DNA of 64,000 bases from Bacillota bacterium (GTDB taxonomy: Bacteria > Bacillota > Clostridia > Peptostreptococcales > Acidaminobacteraceae), in NCBI GenBank assembly GCA_024636005.1, contig JAGXHV010000091.1:2133-66132 (forward strand), in the 5' to 3' direction. Under the pieces are notes generated by a model. That model saw nothing but the letters and a program-made list of their open reading frames with translations, did not search any database and was not told the origin of the DNA. Numbering within the stretch: the first letter of the stretch is position 1; each line of letters opens with the position of its first letter. The translations under genes were made by a program, and so were the position numbers. Positions 48,904 to 57,717 of this stretch are shown one piece after another.

Positions 48904-50592
48904 CTATAGTATTTCAACAGTACCCTGTCCACCATCCACTTTAACTTTGTCACCGGTTTTGAGTTTAATGGTGGCATTGCCACAACCCACAACTGCTGGA
49001 ATTCCCATTTCTCTGGCGACAATTGTCGCTTGGGACAGTGGCGTACCAACATCAGTGATCATAGCAGATATTTTAGGGAAAACAGGTGTCCATCCTATGT
49101 TTGTTGTAGACGTCACTAAAATTTCGCCCGCCTGAAGCTGATGTACCTCTTCAAATTGATGAATGACTCTGACAAATCCTTTTACACTTCCCGATGCCCC
49201 AGGATGTCCTTTAAGTAGATCAGTGGCGTCCACTTCTTCAGTTGGTATTGAGGCATCATAGTAATCGATTCTTCGATTTGGATCATTTGACCATGCTACT
49301 GGATCGAACCTTCCCTTTATAACAAATGGGAATGTAGGTAAACTCTTATACTTTTCATAATTCATGCGTCTAATGGCTATAATGTCTTTATTCACATCAC
49401 CATTCAAAAGCATTTTCTCTACCTCATCAATGTATAAAAAGAATACCTCTTCCCCTAGATTATAAAACGTACCTGCTCGAAGAGCGAATAAACGAATCAA
49501 CCGATAGACCCTCACAAATTCCGAATGGCTTCTTTCTCTCAAATTAACGGCTTCAGACGCATTTTTAAGTTGATTTTTGAGCCACATGATTTTGTTGGGA
49601 TAGCGTTCTATAAATCTAACAAACGCATCATCAAATTTTTTGCGTTGACTCTTGAGAAGCATCTCAATATCTATGTTCAGCAATTTATATTCATCCACTT
49701 GTCTTTCAATCCATTCTGGATTTTCAGCATCAACTTGCAAACTGAGCTCAGACTCATGTACGCCTCTATGGCCATATTTAATTGTATATTCTTCTTGACT
49801 CATCTCATCTTTCAGAATTTTTGAGATGCCTATCACCAGTCCAAGGCTTTCCAGTTCCTGTTCACCTCTGAGATTGGACATCAAAATATTGCTGTCTTCA
49901 GGGCCGACCATTTTTGTAAGTTTCTTATTCAGAGCCATAATTTTCGGAACGTCTTTGGCTGCCGCGCAGGCGCTAAGCCAAGCCTTCAACATATAGGGTT
50001 TGAGATCATCAATCCATATCCGCATGAGCGTGTCTGGTGTTTCAGCGTTTTCAAGTCTATATTTCACTTGTTTTTGCCACTCTGGGGTTCGATTTAAAAA
50101 AGGCTCAAGTTTCTTTGATACACTTCGTGGATCATTGCCTATGCTCATTGCCTTTGGGGCCATCATCTTTAGTGCATCCCTTCTTCGCAAAGGGTGATTG
50201 GGAATGGTCATATCTTTGGGCAATTCACCATAGAGGTCGAAGATCATATTTACTGAACCTTTAGAAAATGGTCCCAGTATTGATTGGATTAAATTTACAC
50301 GTTTGCTGATGTTCGTATAGGGCCTACCATAGATGTTGCCCGAAAGAATATAATAACCCGGTATAAGATTCATACTTTCGTCTAGGATTTTACCGATTGA
50401 CCAAGTTAAAGGAGAATAGACATCTGGAATTGCTTCTGAAAGGTTAGTATTGATCCAGATTTCATCCCCAAGGAGCGTATAATTGATATCATATTGGTCT
50501 ATGTCACCTGGAGATAGAGTTGTTGCTTTTTCACCTGCCAAATCCAGGTGTTCAGTTGTCAGGACGTTGAGCTGTTTTATATGGTGTTTCAA
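48904..50592 (-). CDS. Rifampin-phosphotransferase/PEP-utiliser-like protein lacking the ATP-grasp domain, with His->Gln at the phospho-His site (pseudoenzyme or decaying gene)
   Basis: LAGEKATTL remnant joined to WINTNLSEAIPDVYSPLTWS; YGHRG..E; C-terminal swivel TTNIGWTPVF...GTPLSQATIVARE.GIPAVVG. Confidence 0.75.
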   Translation of the reverse strand: MKHHIKQLNVLTTEHLDLAGEKATTLSPGDIDQYDINYTLLGDEIWINTNLSEAIPDVYSPLTWSIGKILDESMNLIPGYYILSGNIYGRPYTNISKRVNLIQSILGPFSKGSVNMIFDLYGELPKDMTIPNHPLRRRDALKMMAPKAMSIGNDPRSVSKKLEPFLNRTPEWQKQVKYRLENAETPDTLMRIWIDDLKPYMLKAWLSACAAAKDVPKIMALNKKLTKMVGPEDSNILMSNLRGEQELESLGLVIGISKILKDEMSQEEYTIKYGHRGVHESELSLQVDAENPEWIERQVDEYKLLNIDIEMLLKSQRKKFDDAFVRFIERYPNKIMWLKNQLKNASEAVNLRERSHSEFVRVYRLIRLFALRAGTFYNLGEEVFFLYIDEVEKMLLNGDVNKDIIAIRRMNYEKYKSLPTFPFVIKGRFDPVAWSNDPNRRIDYYDASIPTEEVDATDLLKGHPGASGSVKGFVRVIHQFEEVHQLQAGEILVTSTTNIGWTPVFPKISAMITDVGTPLSQATIVAREMGIPAVVGCGNATIKLKTGDKVKVDGGQGTVEIL

Positions 50593-50760
50593 GCGTGTGA
50601 CCTCCTTTTATCATGAAGTGGTATGATTTGTCGAAAACCACGTCAAAATTATGGCTCATTTATTACTTACTAGTGTATCAAAAATTCAATGCTTTTACAT
50701 TCATGACAATTAAAAAAAAATCGCTTCCAAAGTATATGGAAAGCGACTTGATGGTGTTAT

Positions 50761-51237
50761 TTATAATCCCAATGTAGGATACATCTGATTCTCTAGTGTT
50801 CTTAAAACAAAATTAAGGTGTTTCTTTTCTTCTTTCATCACCACATCTATCTCATCGGGTGCGATATTGGGATACAAAGATCTCAATTCCTGAACAAGAA
50901 TCAATGTGTCTCTTTCAATTTTTTCAGCAACAACAAGCGCATCTTCTTTAACAAATCTCTTTTTAACCGCATCATTTCTGAAATAACTGAATTTCACCAG
51001 TGACTCTAAAAACTCATGTGCTTCGTCATCCACTTCAACTGAAAGATCCCCTTCAAATTTGTTCATCAAAGCAATATAAATTTCTTCATGCCTTTCTTCA
51101 TCCTTTGCGAGCTTCTCAAATACGGCCTTGGCTTTGGGATCTGACATTTTTCCTGATAAATCGTGATATAGTTCAGCAACCTTTTTTTCAGATTCTACGA
51201 GCAACGACAATAATTCTTTTCCATTATAATTTTTCAT
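50761..51237 (-). CDS. Ferritin-like (rubrerythrin diiron) protein
   Basis: ESEK...LY, LAKDEERHE, IERD, EEKKH diiron pattern. Confidence 0.85.
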   Translation of the reverse strand: MKNYNGKELLSLLVESEKKVAELYHDLSGKMSDPKAKAVFEKLAKDEERHEEIYIALMNKFEGDLSVEVDDEAHEFLESLVKFSYFRNDAVKKRFVKEDALVVAEKIERDTLILVQELRSLYPNIAPDEIDVVMKEEKKHLNFVLRTLENQMYPTLGL

Positions 51238-51303
51238 AATTACCCTCCTTTATTCAAAGACTATATACCCACAAAAAAATAATGCTAACAACAGATATAA
51301 TAT

Positions 51304-53448
51304 TTATTTCAATTTTAATTTTCGAAGAGCTTCTGCCATCGGTGATTCATAAACAGTTTCCTTCTTTTGTTCTTCAAGGAATTTCTGAACGTCTTTAGCG
51401 CTGCCCTTGGCACTTGCCTCTTTCCTTCTGTTGTTGAAAGCTTCAAGCTTTTCCCTATGACCACATTTGCAAAAGAAAGTTTTGTTTTCACCCTCTCCTC
51501 TAAGTTCAAGTTTCTTATGACAAACCGGACATCTTGCATTTGTAACAATGGCAAGAGATTTGCGATAGCCGCACTCTCGATCTTGGCATACCAACATCTT
51601 TCCTTTTTTCCCATTTACCTCCAAAAGGAATTTTCCGCAATCTGGACATTTTTCTCTAGAAAGATTGTCATGTTTGAACTGTGCTGTGCTGTTCTTGATT
51701 TCAGAGACTGAAGATTTGGTATAATTTTTGATTTCCTTCATAAAATTCTCTTTTTTTAGATTTCCCGATGCGATGAGTTCCAACTTGGTTTCCCATTCGG
51801 CTGTGAGTTCTGGCGTCTTGAGTTCTTTTGGAACAAGCTCCAGGAGTTGTTTGCCTTTGGATGTAATATGAAGGTGTTGGCCTTTTTTTTCTATCAAAAA
51901 TGAATTGATCAATTTTTCAATTATGTCAGCTCGGGTTGCAACGGTTCCGATTCCACAGTTCATACTCTTGTTCGGCTTTTCCATAGCCGTGAGTAGTGTG
52001 CCTTCAGTGTGATAAGCCGGGGGTTGAGTGGATCCGGATGTCATTTTGAGACCCGCACAGTCCATCACATCGCCCTGTTTAAGTAGTGGCAACATCTGGT
52101 CCTTAAGCTCATCCGAATGGTCATCGTCATCGAACGAATTGTTGTATGCCGCTTTCCATCCGATGTGGATTACTCTCTTACCTTTAGCTTTGAATGTCTC
52201 GCCACCCATTTTGGCTAATATCTTTGTCTGTTCGTATTCAAATGGCGGAAGCAACACTGCCAGAAATCGTTTCACGACCAAGTCATAAATTTTTCTCTCA
52301 TCCACTGACAATCGATTGAGCATGACGACTTGTTCAGTCGGTATGATAGCATGGTGATCCGATACTTTTGCATCATCCACAAATGATTTGTTTGTTGCAA
52401 TCGGAGATCTCAGAATTTGGCCTGCAAGTGGTCCAAATTCACCAGTGCCACAAGCACGAATCCTATCTTTGAGTGTTGGCACGATATCTCTTGAGATGAA
52501 TCTCGAGTCTGTTCTTGGATAGGTCAAAATTTTATGTTCCTCATAGAGCTTTTGCATGGCGTTCAGAGTCTGCTTTGCTGAAAACCCAAATCGTTTGTTG
52601 GCTTCACGTTGCAGTTCAGTAAGGTCATATAAACCTGGTGAAAATGATTTCTTGTTCTGCTTTTCTATTTCAGTGATTTTCAAGGTTTGACCTTTGAGTG
52701 TGTTTAGAAGTTTTTCAACACGTTCCTTATCAAAGGATCTCGTGGATTGGCTTTTTGAATCGGTCCATGTCATATGGATGCCCTTTGCCATTGCGGTGAT
52801 CCCATAGAATTCTTGGGATCTGAACTTTTGAATTTCAGCCTCACGATCGGCGATCATCGCAAGTGTCGGGGTCTGGACCCTTCCACATGACAACTGAGCG
52901 TTAAATTTCGTGGTGAGTGCTCTAGTGGCGTTCATTCCAACATACCAATCGGCTTCGGATCTCGCACGTGCCGACATATATAGGTTTTCGTACGCTTTGC
53001 CGTCCCTTAATTTGCTGAATCCTTCTTTGATGGCTTGGTCAGTTACTGATGATACCCAAAGTCTTTTGACCGGTTTTTTAACCTTGCTTTTCTCGAGAAT
53101 CCATCTCGCGACGAGTTCTCCTTCTCTCCCCGCATCTGTCGCTATGATAATTTGGTCGACATCTTTTCTGACCAATAACTGTTTAACCGTATTATATTGC
53201 TTCCTCGTATTCGGAATGATTTCCAGGTTGAGTGGCTCTGGAAGCATCGGGAGATCTTCAAGTTTCCATTTCTGGTATTTAGAATCGTATGATTCTGGAT
53301 CAGCAAGTGTCACCAAGTGACCAAGTGCCCAGGTGACGATATATTTTGAACCTTCAAAATATCCGTTTCCTTTTTGATTGCATTGCAAAACTCGTGCTAT
53401 ATCCCTACCGACGGACGGTTTTTCCGCCAATACTAAACTTTTACTCAT
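51304..53448 (-). CDS. topB: DNA topoisomerase III
   Basis: LAEKPSV, ATDAGREGELV, SCGRVQTPTL, TYPRTDS, IGTVATRA, C-terminal zinc ribbons. Confidence 0.95.
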   Translation of the reverse strand: MSKSLVLAEKPSVGRDIARVLQCNQKGNGYFEGSKYIVTWALGHLVTLADPESYDSKYQKWKLEDLPMLPEPLNLEIIPNTRKQYNTVKQLLVRKDVDQIIIATDAGREGELVARWILEKSKVKKPVKRLWVSSVTDQAIKEGFSKLRDGKAYENLYMSARARSEADWYVGMNATRALTTKFNAQLSCGRVQTPTLAMIADREAEIQKFRSQEFYGITAMAKGIHMTWTDSKSQSTRSFDKERVEKLLNTLKGQTLKITEIEKQNKKSFSPGLYDLTELQREANKRFGFSAKQTLNAMQKLYEEHKILTYPRTDSRFISRDIVPTLKDRIRACGTGEFGPLAGQILRSPIATNKSFVDDAKVSDHHAIIPTEQVVMLNRLSVDERKIYDLVVKRFLAVLLPPFEYEQTKILAKMGGETFKAKGKRVIHIGWKAAYNNSFDDDDHSDELKDQMLPLLKQGDVMDCAGLKMTSGSTQPPAYHTEGTLLTAMEKPNKSMNCGIGTVATRADIIEKLINSFLIEKKGQHLHITSKGKQLLELVPKELKTPELTAEWETKLELIASGNLKKENFMKEIKNYTKSSVSEIKNSTAQFKHDNLSREKCPDCGKFLLEVNGKKGKMLVCQDRECGYRKSLAIVTNARCPVCHKKLELRGEGENKTFFCKCGHREKLEAFNNRRKEASAKGSAKDVQKFLEEQKKETVYESPMAEALRKLKLK

Positions 53449-53486
53449 AAATTGCCTCCTTGTATACGTTATTTACATTATAGCAT

Positions 53487-53636
53487 AGGAGAGGCATGGA
53501 AGAACAGGGAGTGCTCGAAGAGCAGGGAAATCAGGAAAAGATTAAAGTCAAATTATTAATAGATATTCTTGGTCTTTCTTTTCCTGCTCTCCCTGCTCTC
53601 CCTGCTCTCCCTGCTCACCCTGCCCTAAATGGTACC
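53487..53636. repeat. Modular intergenic repeat, copy 2 (two inverted arms plus a degenerate REP half-site)
   Basis: ...GAGCAGGGAAATCAGGAAAAGATTAAAGTCAAA...TTCCTGCTCT(CCCTGCTCT)n, ending CACCCTGCCCTAAATGGTACC, similar to CACCTGTCCCTAATTGGTACC at 22638-22658. Confidence 0.8.
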
Positions 53637-53717
53637 TGCAAGGACAGCTCTGTTTCTAGCATCATGGTTCTAAATGTGATATAATATAACGTACAATATC
53701 ATTTAGGAGGTGTAATA

Positions 53718-54995
53718 ATGAGCTTCTCAAATACATTAAAAGAATTAAAACTCATCGGTGCCGGGGATCATATGGTCCTTTTATATGATAATGAAGTTTA
53801 CAATGCTGAAATAAGTGCAGCTTATATTGGTTCAAGAATTATTCGTAATGAAAAGTGTATATATATTGCTGGAGATGATGATCCAGAGTTGTTGATTGAA
53901 AAATTAAATATGATTATCGATGTTACTGATGCATTATCAAAAGGGCAATTGTCTATTTTAAGTCAAAATGATGCGTATTCAAAAGATGGCCATTTTAATC
54001 CTGATAGTATGATAGCAATGCTTAAAGTATTGTCTTTGGAAGCCATTGAAAATGGGTACAAAGCTTTTGCGATTACCGGTGAGATCAGCTGGGTATTAAA
54101 GTACGAAAGTGGCTTTGATAAAATCATGGACTATGAGTTCAAGCTCAATAGTGAGATTTTTGGAAATTATCCGGTGTCAGCAATATGTCGCTATAGTCTC
54201 AATAAATTTTCTAGTGAGATGATTAAAAATATTATTGAGGTTCATCCTATTATCATTTGGGAAGGGCAGATCCATGATAACCCGTTCTATTTTGATGTGG
54301 TGGACACTAATGTTGTGAACATGCATGCCTACCAAGTGGCATCAATGTTAAAAACGATTAAAACATTTACGAACACCAAAAGCAGATTCCATCATGAAAT
54401 GAAAGAAAAAGAAAATGAGAATCAATTGCTTCAAATGAATTTGATGAGAAATATCATTGTTTCACTTACAAGTTTGTTGGAGATTCATGACGAATACACC
54501 AAAGACCACAGTGAACATGTTGCTAAAGTTGCCAGAATGATAGCAAGTGCAATGGGCTTGTCTCAAGAAGAAGTGTCAAAGATTTATTTTGCTGGTCTTG
54601 TCCATGATGTTGGAAAAACAGTTATTCCACATGATATCATCAATAAAAAAGATAAGTTAACCGAAGAAGAATTTGAGTTGATCCAAAAACATGCTTATTA
54701 TGGTTATGAAGCCTTGTCTAAATCTGAAGCTCTTAATTTTATTGCTGAATTGGTACTTTACCATCACGAAAGAATAGATGGAAAAGGTTACCCCACTCAA
54801 AAATCAGGAAAAGATATCCCATTAGGTGCAAGGATCTTATGTGTTGCAGATGCTTATGACGCCATGGTAAACGATCGACCTTATCGAAAAGCCCTGACAA
54901 AAAATGAAGCTCTTACAGAGTTGAGACGCTGTAAGGGGACTCAATTCGACGAAAACATTGTCGAAATCTTTATTTCAAAAGTAGGCTTAGAATAA
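53718..54995 (+). CDS. MEDS-domain HD-GYP phosphodiesterase
   Basis: N-terminal GDH..LLY, GE.SW, YE.KLN, CRY, HP (MEDS); HDEYTKDHS, HDVGK, HHERIDGKGYP. Confidence 0.9.
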   Translation: MSFSNTLKELKLIGAGDHMVLLYDNEVYNAEISAAYIGSRIIRNEKCIYIAGDDDPELLIEKLNMIIDVTDALSKGQLSILSQNDAYSKDGHFNPDSMIAMLKVLSLEAIENGYKAFAITGEISWVLKYESGFDKIMDYEFKLNSEIFGNYPVSAICRYSLNKFSSEMIKNIIEVHPIIIWEGQIHDNPFYFDVVDTNVVNMHAYQVASMLKTIKTFTNTKSRFHHEMKEKENENQLLQMNLMRNIIVSLTSLLEIHDEYTKDHSEHVAKVARMIASAMGLSQEEVSKIYFAGLVHDVGKTVIPHDIINKKDKLTEEEFELIQKHAYYGYEALSKSEALNFIAELVLYHHERIDGKGYPTQKSGKDIPLGARILCVADAYDAMVNDRPYRKALTKNEALTELRRCKGTQFDENIVEIFISKVGLE

Positions 54996-55073
54996 TAAGG
55001 CAATTTCTTCAATTCTAATCACATGCATCTCCCTTGAATTCACCTTAACGGTAAATCAAAAAGGAGGCTTTTT

Positions 55074-56351
55074 ATGAAAAGAATTATTATTATTATTATA
55101 ATAAGTATTTTTTTGGTTTCTTGTTCGACTGTTGAACAACCTGATGAACCAATTGTTTCAACACCTATTGAAACACCACTTGACGAACCCACTGAAGAAG
55201 TCACTGAAGTAGTCACTGAAGAAGTCACTGAAGAAGTCGCTGAAGAACCCGAAACAGAGAAATCTTCACTTGAAAAACTTTATGATCACCCATTTTCTCC
55301 AATTGAATATTCCATTGTCGATTCCTTTCCATCCCTTTCATTTGACCAACCCCTTTACCTTACCCACGATGGGAAAGACCCCTCTAAGATTTATGTGGTT
55401 GAGAAAACGGGAAAAATCAAAGTCTTTGAAAATAATTCTTCTGCTGATTCTGCAGATGTTTACGTGGACCTTAGTGACCGGATCAGTCTAGATGGGAATG
55501 AAAAGGGATTGCTGGGACTCGCATTCCACCCAAATTATTCCGAAAATGGTTATTACTATGTGTATTATACAGACCAATCAGGTAGTGTCATTTCAAGGTT
55601 GACTGAAGGGGTACCAGATAGTGAGATTGTATTACTCTCCTATCCTCAACCCTACTCCAACCATAATGGTGGGCACATCACTTTTGGACCAGATGGTTAC
55701 CTCTACATCGCAAGTGGTGATGGCGGGTCCAGTGGTGATCCTAAGAACAACGCTCAAGACACAAGCAGTTATTTAGGCAAAATTCTACGCATCGATGTCG
55801 ACAATTCCGAAGCGGATCGAGCATATGCCATCCCAGAAGATAATCCTTTCAAGGATAATAATGACGGAGCCGTCGAAGAAATCTTTGCCTATGGTCTCCG
55901 AAACCCATGGCGGTTCAGTTTTGATGAATTAAGAGGAGTTCTTATTGCAGCCGATGTCGGCCAAAACAAGATGGAGGAAATCAACCTCATCGAAAATGGT
56001 GGCAATTATGGCTGGAACATCATGGAAGGAACACTGGATTACACACAATCAAATGTAGACAAAAATACACTCAAAGCACCAATATGGACCTATGAACATC
56101 CCGTAGGTAAATCCATCACTGGTGGTTACACCTATTATGGCTCGGAAAATCAGAGTCTCTATGGCACATATATCTATGGTGATTTCATCTCCGGAAAAAT
56201 TTGGGGATTGTGGCTCGACGCTGACCAAACGCCTCAGAACCATGAACTTTTGGACACAGATCTGATGTTCTCGTCATTTGGTGTTGATGCAGATTCCGAA
56301 CTCTACTTGATCGACTATCAAGGAAAGATTTACAAACTCGAAGAGAACTAA
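55074..56351 (+). CDS. PQQ-dependent sugar/aldose dehydrogenase family (Asd/YliI-like) lipoprotein
   Basis: Lipobox LVSC, EKGLLGLAFHP, NHNGG.I.FGPDGYLY, GKILRID, YGLRNPWRFSFD. Confidence 0.9.
   Translation: MKRIIIIIIISIFLVSCSTVEQPDEPIVSTPIETPLDEPTEEVTEVVTEEVTEEVAEEPETEKSSLEKLYDHPFSPIEYSIVDSFPSLSFDQPLYLTHDGKDPSKIYVVEKTGKIKVFENNSSADSADVYVDLSDRISLDGNEKGLLGLAFHPNYSENGYYYVYYTDQSGSVISRLTEGVPDSEIVLLSYPQPYSNHNGGHITFGPDGYLYIASGDGGSSGDPKNNAQDTSSYLGKILRIDVDNSEADRAYAIPEDNPFKDNNDGAVEEIFAYGLRNPWRFSFDELRGVLIAADVGQNKMEEINLIENGGNYGWNIMEGTLDYTQSNVDKNTLKAPIWTYEHPVGKSITGGYTYYGSENQSLYGTYIYGDFISGKIWGLWLDADQTPQNHELLDTDLMFSSFGVDADSELYLIDYQGKIYKLEEN
55190..55248 (+). repeat. In-frame 12-bp tandem repeat (VTEE linker)
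   Basis: GTCACTGAAGAA-like unit repeated about 5 times. Confidence 0.8.
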
Positions 56352-56353
56352 AT

Positions 56354-56386
56354 AAAAGCTAAGAGTTTTGAGGACTCTTAGCTTTT
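56354..56386. terminator. Bidirectional intrinsic terminator
   Basis: AAAAGCTAAGAGT-N7-ACTCTTAGCTTTT. Confidence 0.75.
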
Positions 56387-56389
56387 CCA

Positions 56390-56477
56390 TTTTTTGACCT
56401 TAATCTTTTCCTGCTTTCCCTGCTCTTCCTGCTCTTCCCTGCTCTTCCCTGCTCTTCCTGCCCTTCCCTGCTCTTCA
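56390..56477 (-). repeat. Modular intergenic repeat, copy 3 (single arm)
   Basis: Minus strand reads (GAAGAGCAGG[G])x~7 then GGAAAAGATTAAGGTCAAAAA, directly after the tldE stop codon. Confidence 0.85.
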
Positions 56478-57704
56478 CTAACGTACTATAGTCATATAAA
56501 ATCCCTGCATTTGGGAATTCTCAACTGAATAAAAAGGATTGTCGAAAGTACCGATATAGTCCTCTCCCAGCATGGCCCACAAATTAGATCTCATCGTAAA
56601 CTCAGGTAATTTGCCAATGAATTTTTCACCATCAAATAGTAGTGCTGCTTGTACTGGTGCTGCAAAACTTCCATCCGGTGTAAAATCACCTCCTGCAGAC
56701 ACCAAGGCAAAAATGGCCACCTTGCCGTTCAGTACTGATTTGATATCTTTGGAATCGGTCTCAAATTTCAATTGGGTTGTCGTCAAACTCGGTACACCGT
56801 CATACGAGCCTTCAGCCGCACCAGTATGAGGCAAATCAAAAGTCGAAGCTGTCTTTTTATCAGTGAACACATTGATGAATTTACCAGATTGAATCAGTGG
56901 GACTCTGTCATTTTTTAAAACGACGCCCTCATGATCAAAAAACGGTTCAAAAGTTACAGCTGAATCAAAATTTTGTCCAAAAGTAATCTTATCGTTGAAA
57001 AGTTGTTCATTCATTTTTCCACTTAGAATCGAGCTGCCATTTGAATAACGCTCACCATTCAAGGATTTGTTCAAAAAATCATTTAGTTCATAAGCCTCTA
57101 ATACAAATACAGGTAATTTCTCACCTTCAGGCAATGCCAGCAAGTTGTCATACGCTTCGAGATAACCCTTATTGAAATCCCAAAATTTTTGTTTGTCGAA
57201 TGACCTTCCAGAATATTGAAGGAAACCGTCAAATAGGTTTGCACTGCTATTTTCCTTTAAAATCAGCCCCAACTCAAACCAGGCATCTTTGTATTCCAAA
57301 TCCAGACCTTCAGAATTTCTCATCTGAATAATCTTTTCTTTCACCGATATTTTTTCACTAAAAAGGAATTTGTCATAATTTGTCTTTAGTTCCTCTAAAA
57401 TCTCTTCAGTCACCTCTAAAAGTTCTTCACCTGACATTGAAAAATCACTGTAAGTTCGGTGATCCACCAAATTTTTTTCAAGCTCAAAAGGGTACTCGAT
57501 TCCAGTCTCCAAATTCTCAACGGCCTTCTCTATCAGTTCATCATCAGGGATATCACCGATTGCTCCTGAAACACCGATTTTCCCATCAACATAAACTCTG
57601 ACACCTTTTTTTATGATATCCTTGATTCTTACCGCATCGATTTTTGTGCCTACAACCTTAGCAGTAGTTTCAATGTTTCTTATCGTTATAAATTCAGTTT
57701 TCAT
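56478..57704 (-). CDS. TldE/PmbA-family protein
   Basis: GVRVY.DG.IG, PFFDHEG, GGDFT.DGSFA.P; no HExxxH; adjacent to tldD. Confidence 0.85.
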   Translation of the reverse strand: MKTEFITIRNIETTAKVVGTKIDAVRIKDIIKKGVRVYVDGKIGVSGAIGDIPDDELIEKAVENLETGIEYPFELEKNLVDHRTYSDFSMSGEELLEVTEEILEELKTNYDKFLFSEKISVKEKIIQMRNSEGLDLEYKDAWFELGLILKENSSANLFDGFLQYSGRSFDKQKFWDFNKGYLEAYDNLLALPEGEKLPVFVLEAYELNDFLNKSLNGERYSNGSSILSGKMNEQLFNDKITFGQNFDSAVTFEPFFDHEGVVLKNDRVPLIQSGKFINVFTDKKTASTFDLPHTGAAEGSYDGVPSLTTTQLKFETDSKDIKSVLNGKVAIFALVSAGGDFTPDGSFAAPVQAALLFDGEKFIGKLPEFTMRSNLWAMLGEDYIGTFDNPFYSVENSQMQGFYMTIVR

Positions 57705-57717
57705 GGTCTACAGCCTC

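Noticed and set aside
48904-50592. Functional rifampin phosphotransferase (resistance gene)
   Set aside because: The ATP-grasp domain is missing and the catalytic His is Gln.
55190-55248. Phase-variable repeat
   Set aside because: The 12-bp unit keeps the frame and encodes a typical acidic lipoprotein linker.
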